The notes under the pieces are model-generated. The model did not search any database and was not told the DNA's origin. It saw nothing but the letters and a program-made list of their open reading frames with translations. A program made the position numbers and the translations under genes. Positions 54,852 through 64,000 of a stretch of 64,000 nt of DNA are shown one piece after another. Source of the DNA: an uncultured virus (IMG/VR IMGVR_UViG_3300032167_004205) (lineage: Duplodnaviria > Heunggongvirae > Uroviricota > Caudoviricetes); the IMG/VR virus record IMGVR_UViG_3300032167_004205. One strand, given 5' to 3'. Within the stretch, counting starts at the first letter, position 1. Each line of letters opens with the position of its first letter.

Positions 54852-54974
54852 TTGCATTTCTCCGTCAAGCAATGACCGGCCTTCGGAAGACCACCATCGT
54901 ATTTGCACACACCTGTCAACCATTGCGCCCTACTCGGTTTCGTTTCGCGCATCGCAGCAAGACTTCTGAAACTC

Positions 54975-55391
54975 CTATTTCCTTGTTTGGCTTCTTATTC
55001 TTGCCATATTTTCTTTTCGCAGACAACCGCAAGATGTTGTATTCCCGTTTTTCAGCGCAGTTCCTATAACAAAGACCGTATTTCCGCAGTCGCATTTACA
55101 TTCCCACACGACTTTCTCATTCCTTCGCTGATCAGTAGGCCGAACGGCTATGAGCCGGCCAAACCTCTGTCCGGTCAAATCTGAGATTCTTTTTTTTGCA
55201 ATATCTGCTGCCTTCTCCTTTTGCAAGCAACCGCAGGATTGTGTATGGCCACATGCCAGCTTTCTGCTGCTTACATACGCAATACTGCCGCAGTCACACT
55301 GGCATTCCCATATGACGCAAGTCCCTTGCTTCTGCTCTGTGGGCCTGATTGCCGTCAGTCGCCCAAACTTCATACCGGTCAAGTTCTTCAT
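54975..55391 (-). CDS. Two-repeat CxCDCG/SCGC protein
   Basis: Two repeats; ATGA overlap with the upstream paralogue. Confidence 0.85.
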   Translation of the reverse strand: MKNLTGMKFGRLTAIRPTEQKQGTCVIWECQCDCGSIAYVSSRKLACGHTQSCGCLQKEKAADIAKKRISDLTGQRFGRLIAVRPTDQRRNEKVVWECKCDCGNTVFVIGTALKNGNTTSCGCLRKENMARIRSQTRK

Positions 55392-55873
55392 GAATTATCT
55401 TGTGCCCCTTGTTCTTCTTGTGCGGCGGGAGGATTAAGTCTATGTATTCGCGCAGCCGTTTCCCTACGCAGGCAACCACAGGATTTCGTGTTCCCATAAT
55501 TCAGCGAGGAGCCCCGGACAAACACGGTGCTACCACAATCGCAGCGGCATTCCCAAATAAGATTACCGCTTTTCCGTTTTCCGCTGGCTCCACCGTCTTC
55601 TACTCCCTGTTGTATACGATTAAGTTCTTCAGCAGGACGGATCGCGGTTAATCTGCCGAACCGCTGCCCCGTCAGATCTTTTCTTTTGGCATTATGTTCT
55701 TTTCCCATGCACCCGCAGGACTTAGTCGTCCCGCCTGTCAGCGCACCACGCTTTATATACACCGTGCTTCCACAATCACATTTACATTCCCACACGACAA
55801 AGCCGTTTTTGCGCATCTCTGTCGGCTGGATCGCAACAAGGCGTCCAAATCTTTGTCCAGTTAAATCTTTCAT
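55388..55873 (-). CDS. Two-repeat CxCDCG/SCGC protein
   Basis: Two repeats, the second with an insertion; start at ATG 55873. Confidence 0.85.
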   Translation of the reverse strand: MKDLTGQRFGRLVAIQPTEMRKNGFVVWECKCDCGSTVYIKRGALTGGTTKSCGCMGKEHNAKRKDLTGQRFGRLTAIRPAEELNRIQQGVEDGGASGKRKSGNLIWECRCDCGSTVFVRGSSLNYGNTKSCGCLRRETAARIHRLNPPAAQEEQGAQDNS

Positions 55874-55999
55874 GATGTTGCCCTCAGTTCTACACTTCAC
55901 GCTCTATCCATGCGTGATAAGGAGCACCACCGGGGATACCATCTATCCAACCAGTTTCCTGCTCCAGACGAATATGGACTGGGTTGCTGCACTCTATCA

Positions 56000-56602
56000 T
56001 TATTCCGTTTCTTCGGCATCAGGCGGGAGGATTCCGAATAATGATTGTGCAGCCTTCTCCCGGTGGTATCGCTCTACCACTTCCCTATCCACTTTCCGGC
56101 GCTCTACAGCGCTCAGGCTGGCACAACGGTCGCAAAGGGTAAGATACCAGCCTGACTTGCTAACAGGCCGGCCAGGGCCGCCACACGCCTCGCAAACGCC
56201 ATTGGCCGCCTGTTCCATCTGCTGAGCGATCTGATACAGGGTTTTGCGTGTATCATCGTTCTCAGTCATGATATCGGCTCGGAGGGTTCCGAACTTCTCT
56301 TTGACCTCCACGGTGCAATCCGGGTCTATTGTGTGGGCTTCTTCCATATAGCGGTCGATGATGGACCACCAGCCGGGTCCGACGAGATAGGGCCTATCCA
56401 TGTCAATTACGCCGTTAGGATACTCTTCCTGCTCCAGCTCACCGGCAGCGATGGCGTTGGAAAGATAGTCTTGCAGCTCATAGCAAGCCGCCAGGGCCTT
56501 CACTTTGCGATAATCCGGGATATGGAGCTCCGGGTCATCGTGATCCATCTCCAACTTTGCTTGCAGTTCCATGATGGCGTCATACATTCCGTTCAAATCC
56601 AT
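56000..56602 (-). CDS. Hypothetical protein with KEKFG.LR and CxxC-CxxC motifs
   Basis: VGPGW, VKEKFGTLR, CEACG...TLCDRC; GGAGG RBS. Confidence 0.7.
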   Translation of the reverse strand: MDLNGMYDAIMELQAKLEMDHDDPELHIPDYRKVKALAACYELQDYLSNAIAAGELEQEEYPNGVIDMDRPYLVGPGWWSIIDRYMEEAHTIDPDCTVEVKEKFGTLRADIMTENDDTRKTLYQIAQQMEQAANGVCEACGGPGRPVSKSGWYLTLCDRCASLSAVERRKVDREVVERYHREKAAQSLFGILPPDAEETE

Positions 56603-56605
56603 ATT

Positions 56606-56965
56606 TTATTGCCCTCCTTCCGCACAGAAGCCCAACACCAGGGCTTTGAAATGCAGATAGGCTTCATGTGGCGTATCGAAGCGATGTGTTGCCGGAAAAA
56701 GTGCAGACAACTGTATCGATGCGTCTGGGTCTTCCCCTCGTTGTCTGGTCCAATCTGCAAACTGTCTCAAAAGCCCCTGCAGATATTTCTTGGCGTCCTC
56801 ACGCTCTCGAAAATGGTAAATCTCCACGTCATAGTAAAACTCGTCGTTGATCTTGTCATACACCAAAGCCAAATCGTTATCCGTCCAGATAGTTATGTCG
56901 GCGCCTGTAAACTCAACACCGGACTTAACGCCCCACACCATTTCAAGTCCTCTCACGTGGACCAC
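56606..56965 (-). CDS. Hypothetical protein
   Basis: Operon context. Confidence 0.55.
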   Translation of the reverse strand: MVHVRGLEMVWGVKSGVEFTGADITIWTDNDLALVYDKINDEFYYDVEIYHFREREDAKKYLQGLLRQFADWTRQRGEDPDASIQLSALFPATHRFDTPHEAYLHFKALVLGFCAEGGQ

Positions 56966-57086
56966 TCCCCTATTTTATGTCATGGCCGGGCCAGAACCTC
57001 CTGCAACAGTCTTGCGTCGGCCAAATGATATGACGCTCAATTCCCGTTTATTTTTCAGGTTTCAACAAATATGCCTTCATAAAGGT

Positions 57087-57488
57087 TTATTTTCTTTTAC
57101 TTTTATAAATCTCGTTTAGGATTTGATTGACCAGGTAAGAGCGGGACACACCTCTTTCAGCTGCATCCTCGTCCAGGATCTTGACCAACTCTTCGTCGCC
57201 ATAAGTAGAAAAAGTAATCTTTTTAGCCTTCTTTTTCTTTTTTCCGACGATCTGATCCAGTATGTCGATAGAAGGCTCAGAAGCGGCCTGTACGGGCTTT
57301 TTCGGCTTGGGGGTGTTAGTAGTCGTCTTAGCCTCTTTTTGCGGCTCCTGGGCCGTTTTCGCGGGCTTCTGAGTGGGTTCCGGCGTTTCCGGTGTTACGT
57401 TTTCGGTTTTGCCTGCTTCAAAAGCTTCCTGGGCAATGCGTTTCTCTGCCATCTTTTCTGCCATCAATTCGGCTTTTGTTTTTGCCAT
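57087..57488 (-). CDS. Small ParG/RHH-type partition partner
   Basis: Disordered N-terminus; C-terminal TFSTY.DEEL...LD..A...GVSRS.LVNQIL; directly follows parA. Confidence 0.75.
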   Translation of the reverse strand: MAKTKAELMAEKMAEKRIAQEAFEAGKTENVTPETPEPTQKPAKTAQEPQKEAKTTTNTPKPKKPVQAASEPSIDILDQIVGKKKKKAKKITFSTYGDEELVKILDEDAAERGVSRSYLVNQILNEIYKSKRK

Positions 57489-57489
57489 C

Positions 57490-58251
57490 TTACTTCATCT
57501 CCTTCAAAATCTCTTTGACAAGGGCGTAATAGTCCTTGGCCGGCTTGCTCTTGGGCGCATATTCCGAAAGGGTTTGCGCGAAGCCATTAGCCTCCTGAAC
57601 AACAACTGCGGTTCGGATGCGGGTTTTCAGAACCTTGGTTCCGATCTGCTTTGCGATAGCTTCGATATCCTTTCCCATGTTGGAATTGAATATGGTGCGA
57701 CCGTTGAACATGGTAATTACAATGCCGATGATCTTCATTTCTGGGTTATACTTTTTCCGGATATCCTCGATGCTTTCGTGAAGCTGGCCGATACCCTGGG
57801 CACATTCAGATGTGGCCCAAGAAGGGATCAATACATAATCAGCGGCACAGAGCGCCATAGAGGGCATTATGCCTACAGAAGGCGGCGTGTCGATGATGAT
57901 GAAATCGTATCGATCCCGGACGGACAGTAGCGCCGCGGACAGCCGGTAGATATCATCCTCTTCAGCAAAATCGTTGCTGGCATCACCCAGCTGCTTGTCG
58001 GCAATAATGATATCCAGGTTGGTCCGGACGGTCTGAATGGCGTCTGCCGTTTCCACGTCGCCGGTCAAAACATCGTAGATCGTTACGGCTTTGAAATCTG
58101 CGCCAAGGTTTCGGGAAAGATTTCTGGACGGGTCTGTGTCGATCAGCAGGACCCTTTTTTTCATTTCAGCCAGATAGGCTCCGACCTCTTTTGCTGTTGT
58201 AGACTTAGCTACTCCGCCTTTCTGAACGGTTGTGGCGATCACCAGTGCCAT
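57490..58251 (-). CDS. parA: ParA/Soj partition ATPase
   Basis: QKGGVAKST, LIDTDP and IIDTPP motifs; start ATG 58251. Confidence 0.93.
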   Translation of the reverse strand: MALVIATTVQKGGVAKSTTAKEVGAYLAEMKKRVLLIDTDPSRNLSRNLGADFKAVTIYDVLTGDVETADAIQTVRTNLDIIIADKQLGDASNDFAEEDDIYRLSAALLSVRDRYDFIIIDTPPSVGIMPSMALCAADYVLIPSWATSECAQGIGQLHESIEDIRKKYNPEMKIIGIVITMFNGRTIFNSNMGKDIEAIAKQIGTKVLKTRIRTAVVVQEANGFAQTLSEYAPKSKPAKDYYALVKEILKEMK

Positions 58252-58273
58252 TTGAGTTCCCCTCTTCTCCATT

Positions 58274-58800
58274 GGTTTTCTATTGGAAATCTATTGTTAT
58301 TTCTGTTAGAAAACCAATAGTTTTAATAATTGGATTGTATTTTCTAATGAGTTTCTAATAGAATTGTATTAGATGTTCTATTAGAACTGAAATAGCCATT
58401 CTATTGGAAAAACAATGGTTTTCTATTGGAAATCTATTGTTTTGTCTGTTAGAAAGCTAATAGTTTGTAATATTTGAATTGTGTTTCCTAATGGGTTTCC
58501 AACAGAACTCTAATGGCTGTTTTATTAGAGTTGCAATAGATTTTCTATTGGAAAAACAACATATTTTTAATAAAAACATAACACACTTTCAACGGCATGT
58601 CAATATATTCTCATTGTTTTTCTATTGAATATGCAATAGGATTTTATTGTTTTTATATTAGAAATACATTAGGATTACATTTCATTTCAGATAATATTTC
58701 AATATTTATCTAATGTTTTTTTAATGGAAACACATTAGTAAACCAATATATATTTAACAGATTTCCATTTATTTTCTATCAATAAGTTAATAGAGCATCA
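58274..58800. repeat. AT-rich centromere-like array upstream of parA
   Basis: Many CTATTG/CAATAG-type units; 143-bp degenerate tandem duplication starting at 58274 and 58417. Confidence 0.7.
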
Positions 58801-58984
58801 ACAGAAATATGTTGTGTTTTTGATGGAAGTTCTTTTTATTTAACATGAATCTTAGGAACATAGTTGTTTGTGAACATAGTTTCTAACCTACATGCTTTGT
58901 ATAGATCTTAAACCCCTTTTATCAAAATAAACAGACTAACCAGCAATCTGGCGAACGGATGTATCTTACATTATACCGCTATCG

Positions 58985-59556
58985 AAAAGTCATAACGATG
59001 TAGGGGCAAAAAAAGAATTTCTTGTTTGTTAGTTTATTTATAAAGTATTTATTATCTTGTTTGTTTCTTGTTTATAGGGACGCATAAAGCCAGTAATTTC
59101 AAGGGTTTCCGAAGATTAAAGTCATAGACTTGTAGGGGTAAGGACATAGACTTGTAGGGGTAAGGACATAGACTTGTAGGGGTAAAGCTATAAAATTTAC
59201 ATACCTAAAGTCATAAAAGTTGCAGAGCAAACAGAATAAGGTCATAGAAGTTGCAGGCCCAAAAAACGAAAAGGTCATAGAAGTTGCAGGCCTAAATTGT
59301 TTAAAGGTCATAAAAGTTACAGGGTAAAAAAGAGAAAAATAGCATACAAGATATAGGGTGAAGATGATAAAAAGCCATACAAAATACAGAGTTAAGAAGA
59401 AAAGTAGGAGTTCAAGAAACTATTTAAAGGTCATAAAAGTTACAGGGCAAAAAGGAAAAGGTCATAAAAGGTGCAGGGCTATAAAAGGTAAAAGGTCATA
59501 GAAGTTGCAGGGTTATAAAGGGTAAAAGGCAAAAGGTCATAGAGTTTGCAGGGCAA
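58985..59556 (+). repeat. Iteron array (replication origin)
   Basis: 22-bp CATAGACTTGTAGGGGTAAGGA x~3 (59123-59185) plus about 9 GTCATA.AAGTT.CAGG variants, mostly 31-34 bp apart. Confidence 0.88.
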
Positions 59557-59616
59557 AATAGTATGACAAGCTCCAAAAAACAACTACCTACAACCACAAA
59601 AAGACATAACTTTATA

Positions 59617-59645
59617 TTGACATTATGACTTATGTGTTGTATAGT
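59617..59645 (+). promoter_or_regulatory. rep promoter with an inverted iteron core in the spacer
   Basis: TTGACA-17-TATAGT; the spacer contains TTATGACTT (reverse complement of AAGTCATAA). Confidence 0.7.
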
Positions 59646-59666
59646 GCCTGTAAGGAGGGTCGAATC

Positions 59667-60701
59667 ATGCTTAAAGAGAACAATTTAGTCGAAAAATCAA
59701 AAGCTTTGGTGTGGGCACAGTTCAAGGATTATGGAACCGGAGAGTTAAAGATCCTGGATACATATTTGTCACGCATCAATGCAAGAGATCCCGACTCTTC
59801 TTACGTGATTTTCACGAAGAAAGAATATGCTGAATTGATGGGGCTAGATGGTGACCTTCGAACAAGTCAGCTGAAAAATTATACACGTGGTCTTTTGGCG
59901 AATGTTGTAACACTTGAATTACCCAATGAAAAAGGTTATGTGCAATATCCGCTGTTTTCAGAGGCAAAATGTAGATATGACGAAAAAGCCAATCAAACGG
60001 TCGTCGAAATTGATTGTAATCCGAAGCTCAAACAGGTTTTTTTTGATATTGCCGAAGACGGTTATGTGCGGTATCAGTTGAAAAATGTTATTGCTTTGCG
60101 TAGTCAGTACAGCATTCGCCTTTATTCAATTCTGAAGGATAGACCGTTTGGCTGGAATGTAGAAGTGGACAACCTGCGAAAGCTTATTGGTGCGACTTCT
60201 CCGACTTACGACGAGTTCAAAAGATTTAACGGTCTTATTTTAAAGAAATCTGTCGAAGAAATCAATGATGTAACAGATATTACTGTTGAGATGAAAAGCG
60301 TCAGAAAAGGACGATCTGTATCATCAATTGAGTTCAAGATTACTAATAAAACCATCATAAAGCAGCTTCCACCGGACGAGAAAACGATTGAGGTTGAAGT
60401 AGAACCAGAAGACGAAAGCTCACAGGTTGCGGATCCGTTTGCTGTACCTGATGCCGATGACGAACTGGCCATCTGTACCGAGGCCTTACCGGAAGGCTTC
60501 ACCCGAGATCAAGTAGAGGCACTACGTTTTATGGCTCTCAAAATCGTACCATTTGATCCACATGACAATATTCCTTATGAATGCAGATTAGCTGAGTATC
60601 TTCGTAGCAAGGTATTGTTGATGAAAGCGTCCACAAAACCGGTGGAAAAACCGTTCGGATGGCTCAGAAGTGTTATTCAAAGCGATTTAAAAAACCATTG
60701 A
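59667..60701 (+). CDS. repB: Plasmid replication initiator, Rep_3/RepB family
   Basis: L.SQYSIRLY..L, LR.LIG....Y..F..F...IL.K.V.EIN..TD and K.GR.V..I.F motifs; adjacent iterons. Confidence 0.9.
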   Translation: MLKENNLVEKSKALVWAQFKDYGTGELKILDTYLSRINARDPDSSYVIFTKKEYAELMGLDGDLRTSQLKNYTRGLLANVVTLELPNEKGYVQYPLFSEAKCRYDEKANQTVVEIDCNPKLKQVFFDIAEDGYVRYQLKNVIALRSQYSIRLYSILKDRPFGWNVEVDNLRKLIGATSPTYDEFKRFNGLILKKSVEEINDVTDITVEMKSVRKGRSVSSIEFKITNKTIIKQLPPDEKTIEVEVEPEDESSQVADPFAVPDADDELAICTEALPEGFTRDQVEALRFMALKIVPFDPHDNIPYECRLAEYLRSKVLLMKASTKPVEKPFGWLRSVIQSDLKNH

Positions 60702-60796
60702 TAGCAAAAAATACGTTCTTTAGTTTGCTGTCGATTTTTTGACAAGCAAAACCTAAATAATTATAACTGAAATAATTTTCAAAAAAATATTGCTCT

Positions 60797-60852
60797 ACGG
60801 CCTTTGATTTGGTACCGTTTAATTAGACGGACAAATCGAGGGCCGTTTTTTT
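60797..60852 (+). terminator. Long hairpin terminator between rep and the recombination operon
   Basis: ACGGCCTTTGATTTG...CAAATCGAGGGCCGT followed by a T-tract. Confidence 0.75.
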
Positions 60853-60907
60853 TGACCCATTTTGTATGGTTTAACGGTACTTTGAGTATGGAAAGGAGAG
60901 TGCCCCT

Positions 60908-61423
60908 ATGACTGAAAAGCTCACACACTGGAAGCAGACACAACACCCCGATTATTTAGGCACTTGGGCGCTCCAACCAAGAGAAGAGCCGGTGCTGACC
61001 ATCACGGCTGCCGGTGTAGAAAAAGTTGTCGGAACGGACGGAAAAAAGGAAGAATGCCTTGTTATTCGTTATAACGGTGATGTTGGCCCTGGCAAGATGA
61101 TCGTCAATGCAACCAATGCCAAAGCCATATCCAAAGTCGCTGATTCACCATTTTTGGAGCAATGGCCAGGCGTGAAGATTCAAGTCTACTCTGAAAAGGT
61201 CAAAGCATTTGGAGAGGTTGTTGATGCGATACGGGTCAAGCCTTTCAAAGTAAAAGAGATGAAATCTACACCAAAATGTTCAGCTTGTGGCGGTGAAATT
61301 AAGCCCGCCTATAACAAATCGATAGAGGCGCTTGCTAAATACACTCTTGAGAAGTTTGGCGCTCCTATGTGTGCTCCTTGCGCAGAAAAGCGTGTTTCTG
61401 AAGGCGAGGACAATCAGGGATGA
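60908..61423 (+). CDS. Phage recombination-module protein with C-terminal zinc ribbon
   Basis: THWK....DYLG.W.L, N.TN.K.I, CSACG...CAPCA. Confidence 0.7.
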   Translation: MTEKLTHWKQTQHPDYLGTWALQPREEPVLTITAAGVEKVVGTDGKKEECLVIRYNGDVGPGKMIVNATNAKAISKVADSPFLEQWPGVKIQVYSEKVKAFGEVVDAIRVKPFKVKEMKSTPKCSACGGEIKPAYNKSIEALAKYTLEKFGAPMCAPCAEKRVSEGEDNQG

Positions 61424-62265
61424 TCCTGACTGAAGAAAATTACTATGGATGCGAAGCCACACAGAAATACATGTCCGTCAGCCAATTCAAAGCCTTTCAA
61501 ACCTGTGAGGCTGCGGCTTATGCAGAAATTCTCGGACTCTATAGCAGACCGACATCAACGGCCATGCTGGTAGGTTCTTATGTGGACTCGAAACTGGAGG
61601 GTTCTGAATCTTTCGAAAGGTTTGTTTCGGAACATCCGGCAATCTTCAAGAAAGATGGTTCTTTAAAATCCGAGTTCGCTCAAGCAGAGAAGATCTATCA
61701 ACGCATTCAGTCAGATCGGCTGCTCTCTTTATTGCTATCCGGCCGCAAACAAGTCGTGCTCCAGGGAGAAATCGCCGGTGTTCCATTCAAAGGAAAAATA
61801 GATAGCCTGCTGGATGTCGAAACCTGTCAGGTGATTATGGAAGAGTTCCCCCAGACCATAGAGGTCTTGGGGGGACCTTTTTGCATAGGGGCTATCGTCG
61901 ATGGGAAAGTCATGCGCTCATTCGAGCCAATATGGTCTGAAAAAGAGGGCCGAAAGGTCACATGGGTCCAATCGTGGGGATACATATTGCAAGGAGCCGC
62001 ATATCAGGCCCTAGAAGGCACCTACAAGCCGTTTATTCTTGCCGGGGCATCCAAGGAGCCTGAAACCGATTTAACCGCCCTGTACGTCCCTCAGAGCGAA
62101 TTAGAGGTAGGTTTGCGCATCCTGGAAGAAAATGCGCCCCTTTATCAGGAAATTAAGTCGGGTAATCGAGAGCCTTCCCGATGTGAGAACTGCGCATACT
62201 GTCGCAGAACAAAGAAATTAACCAGTATTAACCACTACAAGGAGGGCTACTATGTCTTTGAATAA
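61420..62265 (+). CDS. PD-(D/E)xK exonuclease-like protein
   Basis: LT.ENYY, YMSVSQFK.F..CEA, FKGKID, GY..Q.A.YQ, RCE.C.YCR. Confidence 0.85.
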   Translation: MILTEENYYGCEATQKYMSVSQFKAFQTCEAAAYAEILGLYSRPTSTAMLVGSYVDSKLEGSESFERFVSEHPAIFKKDGSLKSEFAQAEKIYQRIQSDRLLSLLLSGRKQVVLQGEIAGVPFKGKIDSLLDVETCQVIMEEFPQTIEVLGGPFCIGAIVDGKVMRSFEPIWSEKEGRKVTWVQSWGYILQGAAYQALEGTYKPFILAGASKEPETDLTALYVPQSELEVGLRILEENAPLYQEIKSGNREPSRCENCAYCRRTKKLTSINHYKEGYYVFE

Positions 62266-62632
62266 AATCATCATCATGGGCCGTTTGGCGCAAGATCCTG
62301 AAATCAGACAGGTTTCTTCCGGTTCGAGCGCAGCCAATTTCACACTGGCCGTCGCCCGTGATTTTAAAAATAAGCAAACCAACGAGCGTGAAACGGATTG
62401 GATCGATGTGGTCGCTTGGGACAGCAAAGCTGATTTTGCCAAGAATTATTTGAGCAAAGGTCGCAATGTTGTCGCAGAAGGACGCCTTCAGATCCGTAAA
62501 TGGGAGGACAGCGAAGGGAAGAAACGCACCTCCGCAGAAGTAGTCGCCAGCAACCTTTATTTTGCGGATTCTAAGCAGCAATCAACAGCTGAGTCCACAA
62601 ACGATATGATCACCGACGACATACCGTTTTAA
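62252..62632 (+). CDS. ssb: Single-stranded DNA-binding protein
   Basis: LNK.I..GRL..DPE, FTLAV.R, EGRLQ.R.W; acidic DDIPF tail. Confidence 0.95.
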   Translation: MSLNKIIIMGRLAQDPEIRQVSSGSSAANFTLAVARDFKNKQTNERETDWIDVVAWDSKADFAKNYLSKGRNVVAEGRLQIRKWEDSEGKKRTSAEVVASNLYFADSKQQSTAESTNDMITDDIPF

Positions 62633-62646
62633 GGGAGGGATCTCAT

Positions 62647-63042
62647 TTGGAGAGAGATTTCACCTTCCGAAGAGGCGATATTTGCTGGTACCGTGACCCG
62701 ATGCCGAGTGGCGATAGTTACGTGTTACACGAAACTCGGCCCGCTGTGGTCATATCGTCCGATACATACAACGAAAAATCAGGTACGGTGGTCATCATTC
62801 CGATGACGAGGAACACCACTCGCCGTTGTTTTTCCAATCAAATTGATATTGTGATAGACGGCATACGCAGCCGTATTCGCTGCGATCAAGTCCGTGTGAC
62901 GGATAAATCAACCTTGTTTCCGCCCCATGCGAAGCTGGACGATACAGCCCTGGAAGCGCTGGAGGATGCACTTCTGAATGCATTAGGCTTCAACATGGAG
63001 AAAAAATCAACCGCTACCCTGGCGGTGATGTATGATTGTTGA
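62647..63042 (+). CDS. PemK/MazF-like protein
   Basis: RRGDI, RPAVVISSD.YN...TV..IP.T, CDQVR..DK. Confidence 0.85.
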   Translation: MERDFTFRRGDICWYRDPMPSGDSYVLHETRPAVVISSDTYNEKSGTVVIIPMTRNTTRRCFSNQIDIVIDGIRSRIRCDQVRVTDKSTLFPPHAKLDDTALEALEDALLNALGFNMEKKSTATLAVMYDC

Positions 63043-64000
63043 CGCTCCGAGACTATCAGCAAGATCTATATAACAAAACAAAGGCAGCGTTCCGAGAAGG
63101 AAAGCGCCGGGTATTGGTCTGTGCTCCATGTGGCGCCGGAAAAACAGCCATTGCTGCCGCGATGATGCAGGCTGCCCTGGATGGCAATAGGGAAGGGGAG
63201 TGCCTGATGCTGGTCCACCGGCTTGAGCTGATGAACCAGCATATCGAAACTCTGGCCGGGTATGGAGTAGACACCTCCCGTATTCGGATCGCATCCGTTT
63301 TTACGGAAGCCCGCCGCCTGGGGAAGCACAAAACCCCTCTTTTGTTAGTTCTGGATGAAAGCCATCTCGCCCGTGCGGCCAGTTGGGAAAAGGTTGTGGA
63401 GCATTACAATACATGGACAGTTGGGTTTACGGCCACGCCGGTAAGACTCGATGGTCGCCCGCTTAACCCACCCTTCGAAACGCTTGTTCAAGGCATCACA
63501 CATAAGGAATTGGAAGCGATAGGGCGGTTGGCACCTTACGACTATTACGCGCCTTGCGAGCTGGATCTATTCCATGTAAAAAAGCGTGCCGGCGACTATG
63601 CTGCCAATGAACTGGAAGACTTGGTATGTAACCGCACCATTTATGGCGATGTATTGAAATCCTATCGGAAGTTTGCGGAAGGGAAGAAGGCTATTGCGTT
63701 CTGTGTGAGCGTAAGGCACAGCAGGGAAGTGGCTGACATGTTCAATGCGGCCGGAATCCCTGCAGCCAGTTTGGACGGTTCCATGAGCAAAGCGGCTCGG
63801 TCAGAGATTATGCGAAAATTCCGTGAAAAAGGGATTCAAATCCTGACCAGCTGCAACATCATTTCGGAAGGGATCAGTGTGGATGAGTGTGAGTGCTGTA
63901 TGCTGCTCAGACCCACAGATAGCTTGGCTTTGTATATCCAGCAAGCGTGTCGCTGCCTTCGGTATATGGACGGCAAACGGGCTGTTATCTTAGATTTCTG
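63036..64000 (+). CDS. SF2 DExH helicase (partial, runs off the window)
   Basis: Read manually: LRDYQ, APCGAGKT, LDESH, GFTATP, ISEGI; absent from the ORF track because there is no stop in the window. Confidence 0.9.
   Translation, partial: MLTLRDYQQDLYNKTKAAFREGKRRVLVCAPCGAGKTAIAAAMMQAALDGNREGECLMLVHRLELMNQHIETLAGYGVDTSRIRIASVFTEARRLGKHKTPLLLVLDESHLARAASWEKVVEHYNTWTVGFTATPVRLDGRPLNPPFETLVQGITHKELEAIGRLAPYDYYAPCELDLFHVKKRAGDYAANELEDLVCNRTIYGDVLKSYRKFAEGKKAIAFCVSVRHSREVADMFNAAGIPAASLDGSMSKAARSEIMRKFREKGIQILTSCNIISEGISVDECECCMLLRPTDSLALYIQQACRCLRYMDGKRAVILDF

Noticed and set aside
59075..59115. c-di-GMP-I riboswitch (GGGACGCATAAAGCC)
   Set aside because: No upstream GGCAAAC/GAAA arm or second hairpin; it lies in the origin region.
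59120..59556. CRISPR array
   Set aside because: Degenerate units with very short spacing next to rep; these are iterons.
1..64000. Stop-codon reassignment
   Set aside because: Structural and replication genes are intact and densely packed under the standard code.

Overview
The window looks like most of a temperate phage-plasmid of a gut Firmicute (Clostridia-like; the host call is inferred). It holds a near-complete siphovirus late region: terminase, portal, head, tail, fibres, holin-like genes and amidase (21.4-50.4 kb). It also holds a plasmid module with a MobC-like gene, a MOBP-type relaxase and candidate oriT, ParA plus a small RHH partner with centromere-like repeats, and a Rep_3 initiator with iterons (51-60.7 kb). 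A recombination/replication module (nuclease, SSB, helicase) runs off the right edge. There is a leftward cluster of small early-type genes with a tyrosine recombinase (8.6-16.2 kb), a type III ToxIN system, and about 16 kb of cell-surface cargo (vWA/SipW-type/SLH locus, acidic S-layer protein, and a sortase pilus inserted between terminase and portal). The most striking unannotated signals are at the RNA level. (1) A Mu-Com-like zinc-finger gene occurs with three intrinsic terminators in front of terminase, portal and scaffold/capsid, each starting with a tandem AGTGCC-N1-3-AGTGCC motif: a candidate late-gene antitermination regulon. (2) A 171-nt tRNA-shaped RNA with a large insert lies directly upstream of that gene. 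(3) Two covarying hammerhead ribozymes start right after stop codons in the early operon. All protein calls come from motif recognition by eye, not database searches. It is uncertain whether bases 1-6.7 kb are element cargo or flanking host DNA.
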